Shown here: piece by piece, positions 1-8,853 of the stretch | Layout of the letters: each line of letters opens with the position of its first letter | Position numbering within the stretch: the stretch's first letter is position 1 | From: Acidobacteriota bacterium | GTDB taxonomy: Bacteria > Acidobacteriota > UBA890 > WLXD01 | Direction of reading: 5' to 3' | DNA: 64,000 nt | Assembly: GCA_963666215.2 (NCBI GenBank) | Contig: CAXWPL010000004.1 | Location: 896,001 to 960,000, forward strand | Notes under the pieces: model-generated | What the model saw: only the letters and a program-made list of their open reading frames with translations | The model's database searches: none | What the model was told of the DNA's origin: nothing | Made by a program: the position numbers and the translations under genes

Positions 1-437
1 TCGAGCCCACCAAAGATACGTGCCGAGTAGTCGAGGGCAGCTCGCTGGCCGCTGCGTTCGTAGTCACCGGTGTACACACCGTAGGTGTCGGCGACGAACA
101 GAAGGTTGGCTCCCTGCAGATCGGCGGCAGTCACCGCGCGGCCTTCACCGCGGCTTTCGATCTCCGGTTGCGGCTTGAAACCGACGTAGTCGCTGGCCAG
201 CGCCCAGCCTGTGCTGCCCTCCGGAGTGCGGGCCTTCTCGTGGCGTAGCACCCAGAACAACGCCCGATGCTCGCGATAGTCACGGTGTGGCACCGTCTTG
301 TCGACGACACGCACGCTCCAATCGGAGGCGGGCTTGGCGAGCCACCTCAGCGGTGCCGCCAGACACGAGAATGTCGTCAGGCAGATGGAGGCGATGCCGA
401 GCGCCAGAAAGACCCGGCCCCGTCGATTGCTACGCAT
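1..437 (-). CDS. Hypothetical exported protein, runs off the window start
   Basis: Read manually: MRSNRRGRVFLALGIASICLTTFSCLAAP...VVDKTVPHRDYREHRALFWVL...FVADTYGVY; signal-peptide-like N-terminus; open to position 1. Confidence 0.65.
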   Translation of the reverse strand, partial: MRSNRRGRVFLALGIASICLTTFSCLAAPLRWLAKPASDWSVRVVDKTVPHRDYREHRALFWVLRHEKARTPEGSTGWALASDYVGFKPQPEIESRGEGRAVTAADLQGANLLFVADTYGVYTGDYERSGQRAALDYSARIFGGL

Positions 438-654
438 AGCTCCCCATAGCTCGCGGTGGCGCCAACGGTCCCGCGGGCGCCGTTTGCGGCGTCGATTCGT
501 CCGGGCACCACCCAAGCACCGCTCAATGCATCGTAGCGGCCGGGAGGATCAACTCGAACCCCTATCTCGTGCCTGGCCGAGTGCCGCGCCGGGGCGATCG
601 TTGCCGGCAGCGATCATGCTCGGCGGCGAGTCGCGCGGTCAGTCCGCTCGGGAG

Positions 655-1959
655 TTACTCAACCAACGATTGGTAGCGCTGCATGAAGCGGCGGTCGATC
701 CAGTCCTTGAGATGCCAAGCCCAGCGGCTATGCGAGACGAAAACGCCATAGCTGAGTAACGCTCGACCGTCGGCTGTGTTGAGGATCGACAGGAACCCCG
801 ACTGTGGCTCGTAGGCCGGTAGCACGGCCCGGTCGGTTCGCTCGCTGCCGAGCAACCTCCGCGCCCAGGCCGGTAGCGCGCCCGCTGCCGTGCCTTGCGG
901 CTGGTGCAAACGTCGATGCTTGGAGGCGGCCAGCGCCTTCAGTGTCTCCCAAAGGACGGGGCCTTGGCGCACGGAATACACGCCGGCCTTGGGAGTGTCG
1001 CGGTGCGCGGCCAGCGTGGCGCAATCGCCTACCGCCATCACATCGGGGTGCGAGCACGAGCGCAGTGCGCTGTCAACGAGAACGAAGCCGCGATCGTCGA
1101 CCGACAGGCCGCTGTCGGTGAGCCACGCTAGCGGCGCGGCGCCCGTCAACCAAATGATCAAGTCGCTCGGCAGGACCTCGGCACCGCCAATCTCGAGCGC
1201 CCCTTCGGTTAGCGAGGTGACCTCGGCGCCGATGCGGATGGCAATGCCTCTTCGGGCAGCGAGCTTCTCGGCCCGTGTGCGGAAACGGGTCGAGTACTTG
1301 TTCAAGATCTGCTCGCCGCTTTCGAGCAGTGTGATCTGGGGCTCGCACCCTGCTGTTTCGAGGGCGGTCGAAGCCGCGAAGGCGATCTCGTAGCCGGCCG
1401 CGCCAGCGCCCACAACTGCCACACGTACGCTGTGCCGGCCTTTGGCACTTCGCTGCCCGGCCAGCGCGCTCAACTCCGCGCGCAGGTCGACCGCTCGCGA
1501 AATCGGTTTTACGAGGGCAGCTCGTCGCGCAACATCTGGGTCTAGCTGCCCGATCGCCAGCGAGCCGACATTGAGTGATACCAGATCGTACCCGAGGCTT
1601 TGCCCATCCTCCAGGTGTACGCGTCGCGCGCTCGGATCGAGGCCGATCGCCCGTGAGTCGACGAAGTCGACTCCGGCGAGAGCGGCCAGCGGCGGGAGCT
1701 CGAAGGCGATCTGTTCTTCCGTGTACGCACCGTGCAGGTAGCCGGGTACCATCCCGGAATAGTGATGTTTTTCGCCGGCCGACACGAGTGTCGTCGACAC
1801 GCCGTTGAGACCGTGGAGTGCCATGCGGCGCACGATCTCGAGGTGTGCGTGACCGGCGCCCACGAGCACCAGGTGCAGGTCGAGCGATCGCGTACGAGCT
1901 TGCAGATGAGCGAGCTGTTGTTCTCGCCAGGTCGCTGCCTCTGACCGACTCGTGCTCAT
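655..1959 (-). CDS. FAD-dependent pyridine nucleotide-disulfide oxidoreductase, resembling the N-terminal domain of SelD fusions / NDH-2-like
   Basis: LVGAGHAH, YSGMVPG, VVGAGAAGYE, GDCA, PKAGVYSVRQGP and WHLKDWIDRRFM motifs. Confidence 0.85.
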   Translation of the reverse strand: MSTSRSEAATWREQQLAHLQARTRSLDLHLVLVGAGHAHLEIVRRMALHGLNGVSTTLVSAGEKHHYSGMVPGYLHGAYTEEQIAFELPPLAALAGVDFVDSRAIGLDPSARRVHLEDGQSLGYDLVSLNVGSLAIGQLDPDVARRAALVKPISRAVDLRAELSALAGQRSAKGRHSVRVAVVGAGAAGYEIAFAASTALETAGCEPQITLLESGEQILNKYSTRFRTRAEKLAARRGIAIRIGAEVTSLTEGALEIGGAEVLPSDLIIWLTGAAPLAWLTDSGLSVDDRGFVLVDSALRSCSHPDVMAVGDCATLAAHRDTPKAGVYSVRQGPVLWETLKALAASKHRRLHQPQGTAAGALPAWARRLLGSERTDRAVLPAYEPQSGFLSILNTADGRALLSYGVFVSHSRWAWHLKDWIDRRFMQRYQSLVE

Positions 1960-2006
1960 GACTGGATCGTCACGTTGCGGGCTTCCGGGGTGGTCGCCGC
2001 AGAGAT

Positions 2007-2750
2007 CTACCGAGAGGCCGACGTCGCCGAAGTCGACGACATCGCGGGAAGCCCCGACATCTCGGTGTTGTTCGCGATCACGCGAAAACGCACGGTCACT
2101 TCGGTTCCGTCGGGCGGTAGCACACCGGGCTTCGGCCGGAAATGCGTTGCGCCAGCGACGAAATCACGCACGGTGTAGCGCGCATTGCCAACCTTGCTGC
2201 CAGGGCAGGAGTACAAACACACCAAACAGCCAGAGTGCCAGTGTTCGATGTTGTCGCGATGACCGCCGAAACGCATTTCGAAACCGCGTTCGCCGCCGTC
2301 CTCGAGAAGCTCATGCAGCCCGAGCTCGCGGCCGTCGGGCAGCGCGACAGTAACGTCGATTGCCGACCCCTCGATGACACCATCTGGGGCGCTCGAGCTT
2401 TCCTCGTAGCGATCGTCCCAGGCGTCGATCCGGAGAGCGTTGCCCGGGTCGGCACCGACGGCGATGAGTGCTTCGAGCAGTTGCACGTCGGTTACGCTTG
2501 CTCGCAACAGCGCAGCGTCGATCGCACGACCGCCCTGCCACACAACCAGGTGATAACCAGCCATGTCGGAGCGTTCGAACTCTGCGGCAGAGACGATCGC
2601 CGGCACCTCCACGGTGCCGGCGTCGCGAACCGTCACCTCGCCCGGTGGAGGTGCTCCGCAACCCGATGACAGCACGACGAGGAGCGCGGACACCTGAGTG
2701 AGAGCGCTTCGCGCCAGACAGGATCCGTTCCCTCTCCAGGCGTTGTTCAT
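2007..2750 (-). CDS. YdjY-domain (putative Fe-S) lipoprotein
   Basis: Lipobox-like LSSGC; GCLVCLYSCPG and LPPDGTEVTV motifs; start uncertain (the ORF-track extension to 3047 overlaps the VKOR gene). Confidence 0.7.
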   Translation of the reverse strand: MNNAWRGNGSCLARSALTQVSALLVVLSSGCGAPPPGEVTVRDAGTVEVPAIVSAAEFERSDMAGYHLVVWQGGRAIDAALLRASVTDVQLLEALIAVGADPGNALRIDAWDDRYEESSSAPDGVIEGSAIDVTVALPDGRELGLHELLEDGGERGFEMRFGGHRDNIEHWHSGCLVCLYSCPGSKVGNARYTVRDFVAGATHFRPKPGVLPPDGTEVTVRFRVIANNTEMSGLPAMSSTSATSASR

Positions 2751-2765
2751 GGAATCATTGTAGCC

Positions 2766-3203
2766 GTGCTTGTCGACGCCGCCTGGTCCGAACAGCTGAT
2801 GGCCATGCTGGCCCTCGTGGGTCTGTTGATCTCGACCTACTTCACCGCCATCGCCTACCGCTGGGTGGAGCCGGGCCTCGAAAGGGCCTGGATCCCGAGC
2901 TTCTGCCGTATGGGCGAGGCGACGTGCGCGACGATCGTCTTCACCCCGCGGGCCCGCGTCTTCGGCCTGCCCAACTCGGTGCTCGGCCAGCTTTTCTATT
3001 CTGCCCTGCTCGCCGGCGTGGCGATGGATTGGCTGCACACGCCGCACCTACTCGTCTACTTGGCCGCGAGTGCGCTGACCGTGGTGCTGGCGATCTTCCT
3101 GTCGTACTCGCTGCTGTTCATTACCCGCGTCAAGTGCTCGCTCTGCTTCGCGAGTCACGCGATCAACGTGGCGATTTTTTTGCTCCTGCTCGGTCGGTTT
3201 TGA
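2766..3203 (+). CDS. Vitamin K epoxide reductase (VKOR) family membrane protein
   Basis: Loop cysteines (FC...TC), FGLPNSVLG, active-site CSLC, 4 hydrophobic helices. Confidence 0.85.
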   Translation: MLVDAAWSEQLMAMLALVGLLISTYFTAIAYRWVEPGLERAWIPSFCRMGEATCATIVFTPRARVFGLPNSVLGQLFYSALLAGVAMDWLHTPHLLVYLAASALTVVLAIFLSYSLLFITRVKCSLCFASHAINVAIFLLLLGRF

Positions 3204-3228
3204 CGTTGGGCGCGATGCCGACGGTGTT

Positions 3229-3693
3229 TTGAAGGCCGGACAGCTTGAGCTGCCGGATTCGTACCGCTACGGCGTGCTGTTGAGTGCGGATTTCTGGGAG
3301 TTCCTGCAGGAGACACGAAACCAGCTCGTGGTGCCACTGGAGCTCCTCAGGCTCTTCGTGGATCGTCCGACTGGCTGGGACTACCTGTGCTTCCTCGTGG
3401 CTCGCTGTGGGGCTGCCAGGCGGGCGTCGAAGGTGCCGCACGAGGCGTTGGTGTCACTCTTCAGGGACACAGAGAAGCAGAGCGATCGAAACATCATCCG
3501 ACGACTCAAGCGCTACCACGCTGAGATCATGGTGGCCACGGGAGGAAGACTCCGCGCTGAGCTCGTCGAGGATGGCCACTTCCCTGCTGCGGGGCGCGGA
3601 AGGCCGCGCAAACGTTGGGCGCTTGTCGTGCGACCGAGCAAGTCGGTGATTGTTGCCGGTAAGGTGATCGATCTTGAGGTGCCGGCAGAGTAG
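3229..3693 (+). pseudogene. repA: C-terminal half of a plasmid replication protein RepA (RepA_C / IncW-like family)
   Basis: GVLLSADFWEFL...VVPLELL...WDYLCFLVAR...VPHEALVSLF matches the C-terminal RepA_C pattern; no RBS; begins exactly at the TTGAA junction. Confidence 0.75.
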
Positions 3694-3792
3694 GAAGGCC
3701 ACACTTCCCTTACTACTAACGGCAACTTGCCGGATTTTCCGATAACTTGCTCGTCGTTCCGTCGAAAAAAGCCGAGTAGAGAACGTCCTATG

Positions 3793-3830
3793 GGTATAAG
3801 AGTCTACGGAAACTCTTAGACTCTTATACC
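3793..3830. repeat. Palindromic ACTC-box site (parS/operator-like)
   Basis: GGTATAAGAGTCTA-N10-TAGACTCTTATACC, perfect 14-bp arms. Confidence 0.8.
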
Positions 3831-4018
3831 AAAAGAGCTGTTGGGTTGAGCTCTTCGCCGGCAGCGGACCGCGTTTATGTGCCGCAAAAACGCGCCTAGA
3901 GGGCGCTCAGAGAACGCGACCCTGAAGGATGTGGTTTTCCTTGTTCTTAGGGCTACGGGCTCTTCTCGAGGCTCTTAGGAGCTCTGCGGGCATGCCTGGT
4001 TCGGAACACTCCCCTACC

Positions 4019-4795
4019 TCACGCTGCTTTGGCGAGCCTTTCGGTGGCGTACTGCTTCATCCGATACGTGAAGACTCGCGCGGGATGCTTTGCCCCATCG
4101 GCTTTGATCTCGGAGAGCGCCTGGAAGATGACGTTGTGCGGCACCTTCGACGCGACCAGATAATAGAACTTGTTTGACTTGTGATCGCCGAACTCAGCGA
4201 GGATGTCGTCGGTCATGAGTTTGGTGGCAGCTTCTTCTTCGTCGAGATCCGGGAGCGCCTTAAGGGGGTTTTTGCTTTTACCGTTGGGTTGGTAGCTAAC
4301 GGTATTAGTTTCTCTATTCACTTCTCTATTACTACTACCCTTCTCAGGGGTGGTCTGATCACGGACGCCTTGTTGAGCGTCGGTTGCGGGAGCCGAGAAG
4401 CGACTCTCGAGGTAGAACCACTCCTTGCGGCGAGAGCCGTCCTGCTGCTCGCTGATGTCAACCCACTCGCCGAGCACGAAGATGGTCTCGCGGCCGGTTC
4501 GAAGGCGCTTGATCACCCGAAGCTCCTCAAGAGCTTTCAGGTAGTCGGTCACTCGATTGACCGTCTTGATGCCTAGAGTCGCGGCCAACCGTTGTCGGCC
4601 AACAGCTGCAACGAGTTTGCGTTCCTGGTGGTAGAAATCCTGCAGCTGGAGACGGTGGGGGCCACCACGCCAAACGAACCTTCGGAGTGCCAGATACACG
4701 GCAAACTCGGGACGACGGAGGAACTCCTGAAAATCAGGGTCGTCGAGGAGCGCGAAGTCGAGCATCAGGAATTGTCGATTGAAGTTCTCCGTCAT
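4019..4795 (-). CDS. Putative second replication-initiator-like winged-HTH protein
   Basis: HTH-like RQRLAATLGIKTVNRVTDYLKALEELRVIKR; N/R/E/T-rich linker encoded by AT-rich TTCTCTATT repeats; small helical C-terminal domain. Confidence 0.55.
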   Translation of the reverse strand: MTENFNRQFLMLDFALLDDPDFQEFLRRPEFAVYLALRRFVWRGGPHRLQLQDFYHQERKLVAAVGRQRLAATLGIKTVNRVTDYLKALEELRVIKRLRTGRETIFVLGEWVDISEQQDGSRRKEWFYLESRFSAPATDAQQGVRDQTTPEKGSSNREVNRETNTVSYQPNGKSKNPLKALPDLDEEEAATKLMTDDILAEFGDHKSNKFYYLVASKVPHNVIFQALSEIKADGAKHPARVFTYRMKQYATERLAKAA

Positions 4796-4867
4796 AGGAA
4801 CACCCGCAGTATGGGGCGTAATCGCAGGTTTGGCGAGGTTCGGGGTGTGGATAGCAACCGGCCTACA

Positions 4868-4904
4868 GGTATAAGAGTCTACGGAAACTCTCGGACTCTT
4901 ATCC
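4868..4904. repeat. ACTC-box palindrome upstream of the 4019-4795 gene
   Basis: GGTATAAGAGTCTACGGAAACTCTCGGACTCTTATCC; overlaps the parG stop codon. Confidence 0.75.
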
Positions 4905-5162
4905 GAGCTTTCTGTTGGTATATTTGCTCAGGAGCTCAACGGCGACATCGCGCATTGAGCGGCCTTCTTGAGCCGCCATGACCTTGAGGGCGGCGTGCAA
5001 GTCAGCGGGCAAATCGAAGGTTGCTCGCACCCTACCCGGTGCGGGCTTTTTGCTGCGCGAGGAGGCCGGTGCCTTGTCTGGCGCCGTGGTAGCGGCCTTC
5101 CCTACAAAGGCTGCTTCGTCGAATCCCTTGCGGGCTTTCTTGGTCTTGCGTGGTGATTTCAT
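4899..5162 (-). CDS. ParG-like ribbon-helix-helix partition protein
   Basis: Disordered basic N-tail plus [33 protein letters not shown]; ATGA overlap with parA. Confidence 0.8.
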   Translation of the reverse strand: MKSPRKTKKARKGFDEAAFVGKAATTAPDKAPASSRSKKPAPGRVRATFDLPADLHAALKVMAAQEGRSMRDVAVELLSKYTNRKLG

Positions 5163-5806
5163 GGTGTGATTCCGAGTGCGTTAACGAGACGGGCGAACTC
5201 AGCCGCGGCCTTGCCGCGGGGCTCGTGCTCGACGACGGCGAGGCCCTCCCCTATTGAGCGAGCCCATGCCGTGCGGTGATAGATGGGTGTGTCAAGCAGC
5301 TCGACCGGAGAATCTGCGAGTTGTTCCCGCAGATTCTCGAGGGCGTCGCGAGCAATCACGGTCTGATCGAGCTTGTTGACGACTCCGAGGATGCGGAGCT
5401 GCTCGAATTGTGGGGCGAGCTCTCGAAGTATGGAGAGCATGTCCTCTGCTGCCCAGGTGTCGAAGGCAGAGGGCGCGAAGGGCACCAGGATGGTGTCAGC
5501 CGCTAGGAGCGCTGTCCTAAGCGCTGGATTGTCGCGGCCGCCGGCGTCGACGACGACCAGGTCGTAGCCTTCGGCGAGCTCGGGCACCTGCGTGTGGATC
5601 ACGGGCCTGGTGATCTGGACAGCTTGAAAAGCCGGAGCGTCACCGTCGCGAACCGTGATGAACTGCATGATGCTGCCCTGCGGGTCAGCGTCGATGACGA
5701 GCACACGCTGCCCCTGCCGGGCGGCGAAAACGGCCAGGTTGACGGCCAGGGTGGACTTCCCCACCCCACCCTTGGTATTTGCGACGGTGATGACGTGTGC
5801 GGCCAT
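5159..5806 (-). CDS. parA: Type Ib ParA/ParF partition ATPase
   Basis: Deviant Walker [24 protein letters not shown]; 215 aa with no N-terminal HTH. Confidence 0.92.
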   Translation of the reverse strand: MAAHVITVANTKGGVGKSTLAVNLAVFAARQGQRVLVIDADPQGSIMQFITVRDGDAPAFQAVQITRPVIHTQVPELAEGYDLVVVDAGGRDNPALRTALLAADTILVPFAPSAFDTWAAEDMLSILRELAPQFEQLRILGVVNKLDQTVIARDALENLREQLADSPVELLDTPIYHRTAWARSIGEGLAVVEHEPRGKAAAEFARLVNALGITP

Positions 5807-5811
5807 GATTC

Positions 5812-5860
5812 TAAGAGTATAAGAGACTATGAGTCTAAGAGAACTCTTAGACTCTTATAC
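5812..5860. promoter_or_regulatory. Array of 8-bp TAAGAGNN / ACTCTTAN boxes directly upstream of parA (centromere/operator)
   Basis: TAAGAGTA TAAGAGAC TATGAGTC TAAGAGAA CTCTTAGA CTCTTATA. Confidence 0.75.
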
Positions 5861-6152
5861 TAGCAGAGATGCAATCGAGAATGTAGCGGTCACACGCAGT
5901 GAGGGAAGAGGCCATCCGGTAGGAGCGAGCCTGCACAGCGCGGTCGGCTTCGACAAGACCGACGCTCGACAGAAGGGACAAGTGCTTGCGGATAACGCGG
6001 CCCGAGATGTTCAGGAGAGCAGAGAGCTCCGCAACCGTTGCTGGAGTCTTGAGACTGTGGAGGTGGCGGAGGATGCCGCGACGAGTGCGGTTTGAGAGAG
6101 CGAAGAAGAAACGTGCGAGGCGAGCATTGTCGCGTTTGCGGGTGGGGGCCAT
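5847..6152 (-). CDS. ArsR/SmtB-family HTH regulator
   Basis: [16 protein letters not shown]...[29 protein letters not shown]. Confidence 0.8.
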   Translation of the reverse strand: MAPTRKRDNARLARFFFALSNRTRRGILRHLHSLKTPATVAELSALLNISGRVIRKHLSLLSSVGLVEADRAVQARSYRMASSLTACDRYILDCISASIRV

Positions 6153-6158
6153 CCTTTC

Positions 6159-6222
6159 AATGTACGCGCATTTGGGAGGTTGGCAATGGGGATAAGAGTC
6201 TAAGAGAACTCTTAGACTCTTA
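6159..6222 (-). promoter_or_regulatory. Sigma70-like promoter with adjacent ACTC-box palindrome
   Basis: Minus strand TTGCCA-N16-TACATT, 6 nt before the ATG; ATAAGAGTCTAAGAGAACTCTTAGACTCTTA immediately upstream of the -35. Confidence 0.6.
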
Positions 6223-6240
6223 GCTCAGTAAGGGCCATTC

Positions 6241-6534
6241 TCAGCGCACGCGCCCCTTGATGACTTCCGGATCTCGGGCGCCGTGGATAACGGCGAGGAT
6301 CGTTACGTAGTCGTCGATGAGCTCATAAAGAACAAGGTAAGGAAAGCCTTCAACGAGAGATCGTCGAGCAGTATGGTGGACGACGGGGCCAGACTCCGGA
6401 AAGGTGAGGAGATCTGAGATCTTCGCCAGCAGGCTAGCGTAGAAGCGATCACCGAGGCCACGCTGGGCATCGTTGTAGAAGGAGACGATTTCAGCGATCT
6501 GTTGATCGACGCGTTCGGCGTAGCGGAGTTTCAC
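6241..6534 (-). CDS. RelE/ParE family toxin
   Basis: FPESGP...RRSLVEGFPYLVLY...VTILAVIHGARDP; GTGA overlap with the antitoxin. Confidence 0.9.
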   Translation of the reverse strand: MKLRYAERVDQQIAEIVSFYNDAQRGLGDRFYASLLAKISDLLTFPESGPVVHHTARRSLVEGFPYLVLYELIDDYVTILAVIHGARDPEVIKGRVR

Positions 6535-6758
6535 GAGCGTCGGAGACGTTCAACACTCGCCGTAAACTCGTCGTGGGAAAGACAGTCCTCGGGGCGCTCA
6601 CGTACCTGCTTCATACGCTCGTCAAGGAGCTGCTTCTGTGCATCGCTTAGCTCAAACGAGGGTGGGGGAGACGCACTCTCCCACAAGGCGTGTGCGAGCT
6701 CGAGGCGCTCGTCGACAGGCAGTTTGAGCACTGCTTCTTGTAGGTCTGCTTTTGTCAT
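6531..6758 (-). CDS. Addiction-module antitoxin (TIGR02574-like)
   Basis: LKLPVDERLELAHALWES...LSDAQKQLLDER; directly upstream of the toxin. Confidence 0.88.
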   Translation of the reverse strand: MTKADLQEAVLKLPVDERLELAHALWESASPPPSFELSDAQKQLLDERMKQVRERPEDCLSHDEFTASVERLRRS

Positions 6759-6766
6759 GTCTCTAC

Positions 6767-6833
6767 AGTGTACGGGAAATCACGAGGTTGGCAATCGGAT
6801 AAGAGTCTACGGAAACTCTTAGACTCTTATACC
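6767..6833 (-). promoter_or_regulatory. TA promoter with adjacent ACTC-box palindrome
   Basis: Minus strand TTGCCA-N16-TACACT, 8 nt before the ATG; ATAAGAGTCTACGGAAACTCTTAGACTCTTAT upstream. Confidence 0.6.
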
Positions 6834-6951
6834 AAGTACAGACAGCCTACTGTGACGAAATCCATTTCGGCATGGTGATCATGATTGCCGAAATACGCAG
6901 ATAAGAGGATAAGGAGACTCTTATATACTATAATACTCTTAGTACCAAAAC

Positions 6952-8129
6952 GGGGATGTCACAGGCTCCGTTGAAAAAGGGTGACGGTGATCCGACCTCG
7001 ATAGTGTGTCGGGGTCAATCCACTGGCATGGAGGATCACCGTCATGAGCAAGAGTCGCAGAACAGAGACAAGTAGGAAAGCGGAGCGCCAAGAGAACCCG
7101 CTCCTGGAGGCAGTGGTAGCGGCGCGATCGGATCTACGAGCGCTGGTCATGGACGCGGGCTTCGGGGTGTTGGGTTCGCTGCTGGAAGAAGACCGGGCGG
7201 AGCTCTGCGGAGAGCGCTACGCGCGGTCACAGCAGCGGCGGGCGTACCGACACGGCTACGACGAGGGCTCGCTGGTGATGGGCGGCCGGCGGGTCAAGGT
7301 ACGCAAGCCGCGGGCTCGGAGCGTCGATGGCCAAGAGCTGCCGCTGCTGGTGATCGACGGCACGCACATGGGCAAGCACTTGTTGGTGATCGCCATGGGC
7401 ATCGACGCGGACGGCGTCAAGCATGTGCTGGGTGTCGTAGAGGGCACCACGGAGAGCTCCCACGTGTGCCGGTCGCTGCTGCGGCAGTTGATCGAGCGCG
7501 GCATGCCCGTCGAACGGGCGCGGTTGGTGGTAATCGATGGCTCCAAGGGCCTCCGTAAAGCAGTGCGCGACACGTTCGGCGAGTGGGCCCTGATCCAGCG
7601 CTGCCGTGTCCACAAGATCAAGAATGTATTGGAGCATCTGCCAGGGCATATCCGGCCCTGGTTCGCAGCCAAGATCCGCAAGGCGTGGAAGGCGGAGACG
7701 GCCACGGCAGCGACCAAGCAGCTCGACGCCGTGGTCAAGGAGCTGGAGACCGATCACCCCGGTGCAGCGGCCTCGCTCAGAGAAGGAATGCAAGAGACGC
7801 TCACCGTCACTCGGCTCCGAGTTCAGGGGCCGCTGCTTCGGACGTTACGTTCAACGAATACGATCGAGAACCTGAACGGGACGATCAAACACGTCAGCCG
7901 CAACGTAAAGCGGTGGCGCTCCGGGAGCATGATCGTTCGATGGGCGGTTACTGCACTCATCGAGGCCGAGAGCAAGTTCCGGAGGGTTCGTGGCTACCGC
8001 GACATCGCCAAGCTCGATGCCGCACTCAACACCGCCGTCGACGTTCCCCTTGAGCAGGAGCGCCGTACTGCGTAACAATCCCCAACCACTTCACCGTCGC
8101 CTTAGTTCAACGGACGGTGGGACATCCCC
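6952..8129 (+). mobile_element. IS256-family element, copy 1 (internally deleted)
   Basis: Inverted repeats GGGGATGTCACAGGCTCCGTTGAA / TTCAACGGACGGTGGGACATCCCC; matches copy 2 apart from indels. Confidence 0.9.
7044..8075 (+). pseudogene. IS256 transposase with a 231-nt in-frame deletion
   Basis: VIDG, IDGSKGL, QRCRVHK, STNTIENLN motifs; lacks 77 codons present in copy 2. Confidence 0.85.
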
Positions 8130-8226
8130 GCGAAGCCTACTACTGCTAGATAACTACTGTTCTTTAGATACTGAAGATACTGTTCTCCGCTGGCGCCCTT
8201 TGAGCTCAACGGGTTGGCGGGAATTA

Positions 8227-8310
8227 CGGGGCCTGATTCACGTACGCAGGGGTATTTTCGGGGCCTGATTCACGTGGAAAACGTGAGCGTCCACAAGGGC
8301 CTGTGGAAAG
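8227..8310. promoter_or_regulatory. Putative plasmid oriV: two 17-bp iterons and DnaA-box-like sites
   Basis: CGGGGCCTGATTCACGT at 8227 and 8259 (32-bp period); GTCCACA and TGTGGAAA just before repA. Confidence 0.55.
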
Positions 8311-8338
8311 GTGCTAGCCTGCCGTGCGGGGGTGAGGC

Positions 8339-8853
8339 ATGAGCGACTCGACGGATCGCATACTGCGGCGGATCTCGAAGCTCGCGGGCTTCGCGGAGCG
8401 GCTTGAGGAGGAGCGACGCATCGAGGTTATCCGCCTCGCGCGCGTGCTCGCGATCGCGGGGCTGCCGAAGCGGCAGGTGGACGCGAGCCATCTGAGCCGG
8501 ACGCTGCGTGTCGGAGCAGCGACGTGGCTTCGGGTCACATACTCGGTCGACGAAGGAGCTCCCCTACCCTACGGCGCTGATCGCTTTGTGCTCGCCGGTA
8601 TCCAACACCTGGCGCTCGAGCAAGATTCGCGGACGGTGCTGTTCAACCGGGTTGGCGAGCTGCTACACACGTTTGGCTTGAGCCAGGACGGACGCTCGGA
8701 CTCCTGCGGCAGCGATTCAAGCGGATCGCGGGGCTGTCGATCAGGCTGCGGTTTGGTGGGTCGCTGGCTGAGCTCGATGATGCCGACGTCGGTGAGCAGC
8801 TCTTCATCATCCGGCGGTACTCCCTGCCGACAGGTCGAGAGCTTCGGCTCTTG
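8339..8853 (+). pseudogene. repA: N-terminal half of RepA, with a frameshift near 8690
   Basis: LARVLAIAGLP, PLPYGADR, GELLHTFGL; continues in another frame as TLGLLRQRFKRIAGLSIRL...ELRLL up to the TTGAA junction. Confidence 0.78.

Noticed and set aside
820-930. Extra segment of about 30 aa near the oxidoreductase C-terminus
   Set aside because: In frame, with no repeat or terminal structure; cannot be distinguished from an ordinary variable loop
3793-6833. Recurrent palindromes of about 37 bp as a CRISPR array or integron attC sites
   Set aside because: They are separated by whole genes of 300-1000 bp. There are no cas or intI genes and no GTTRRRY/RYYYAAC boxes. The 8-bp ACTC periodicity fits a ParG-type site better.
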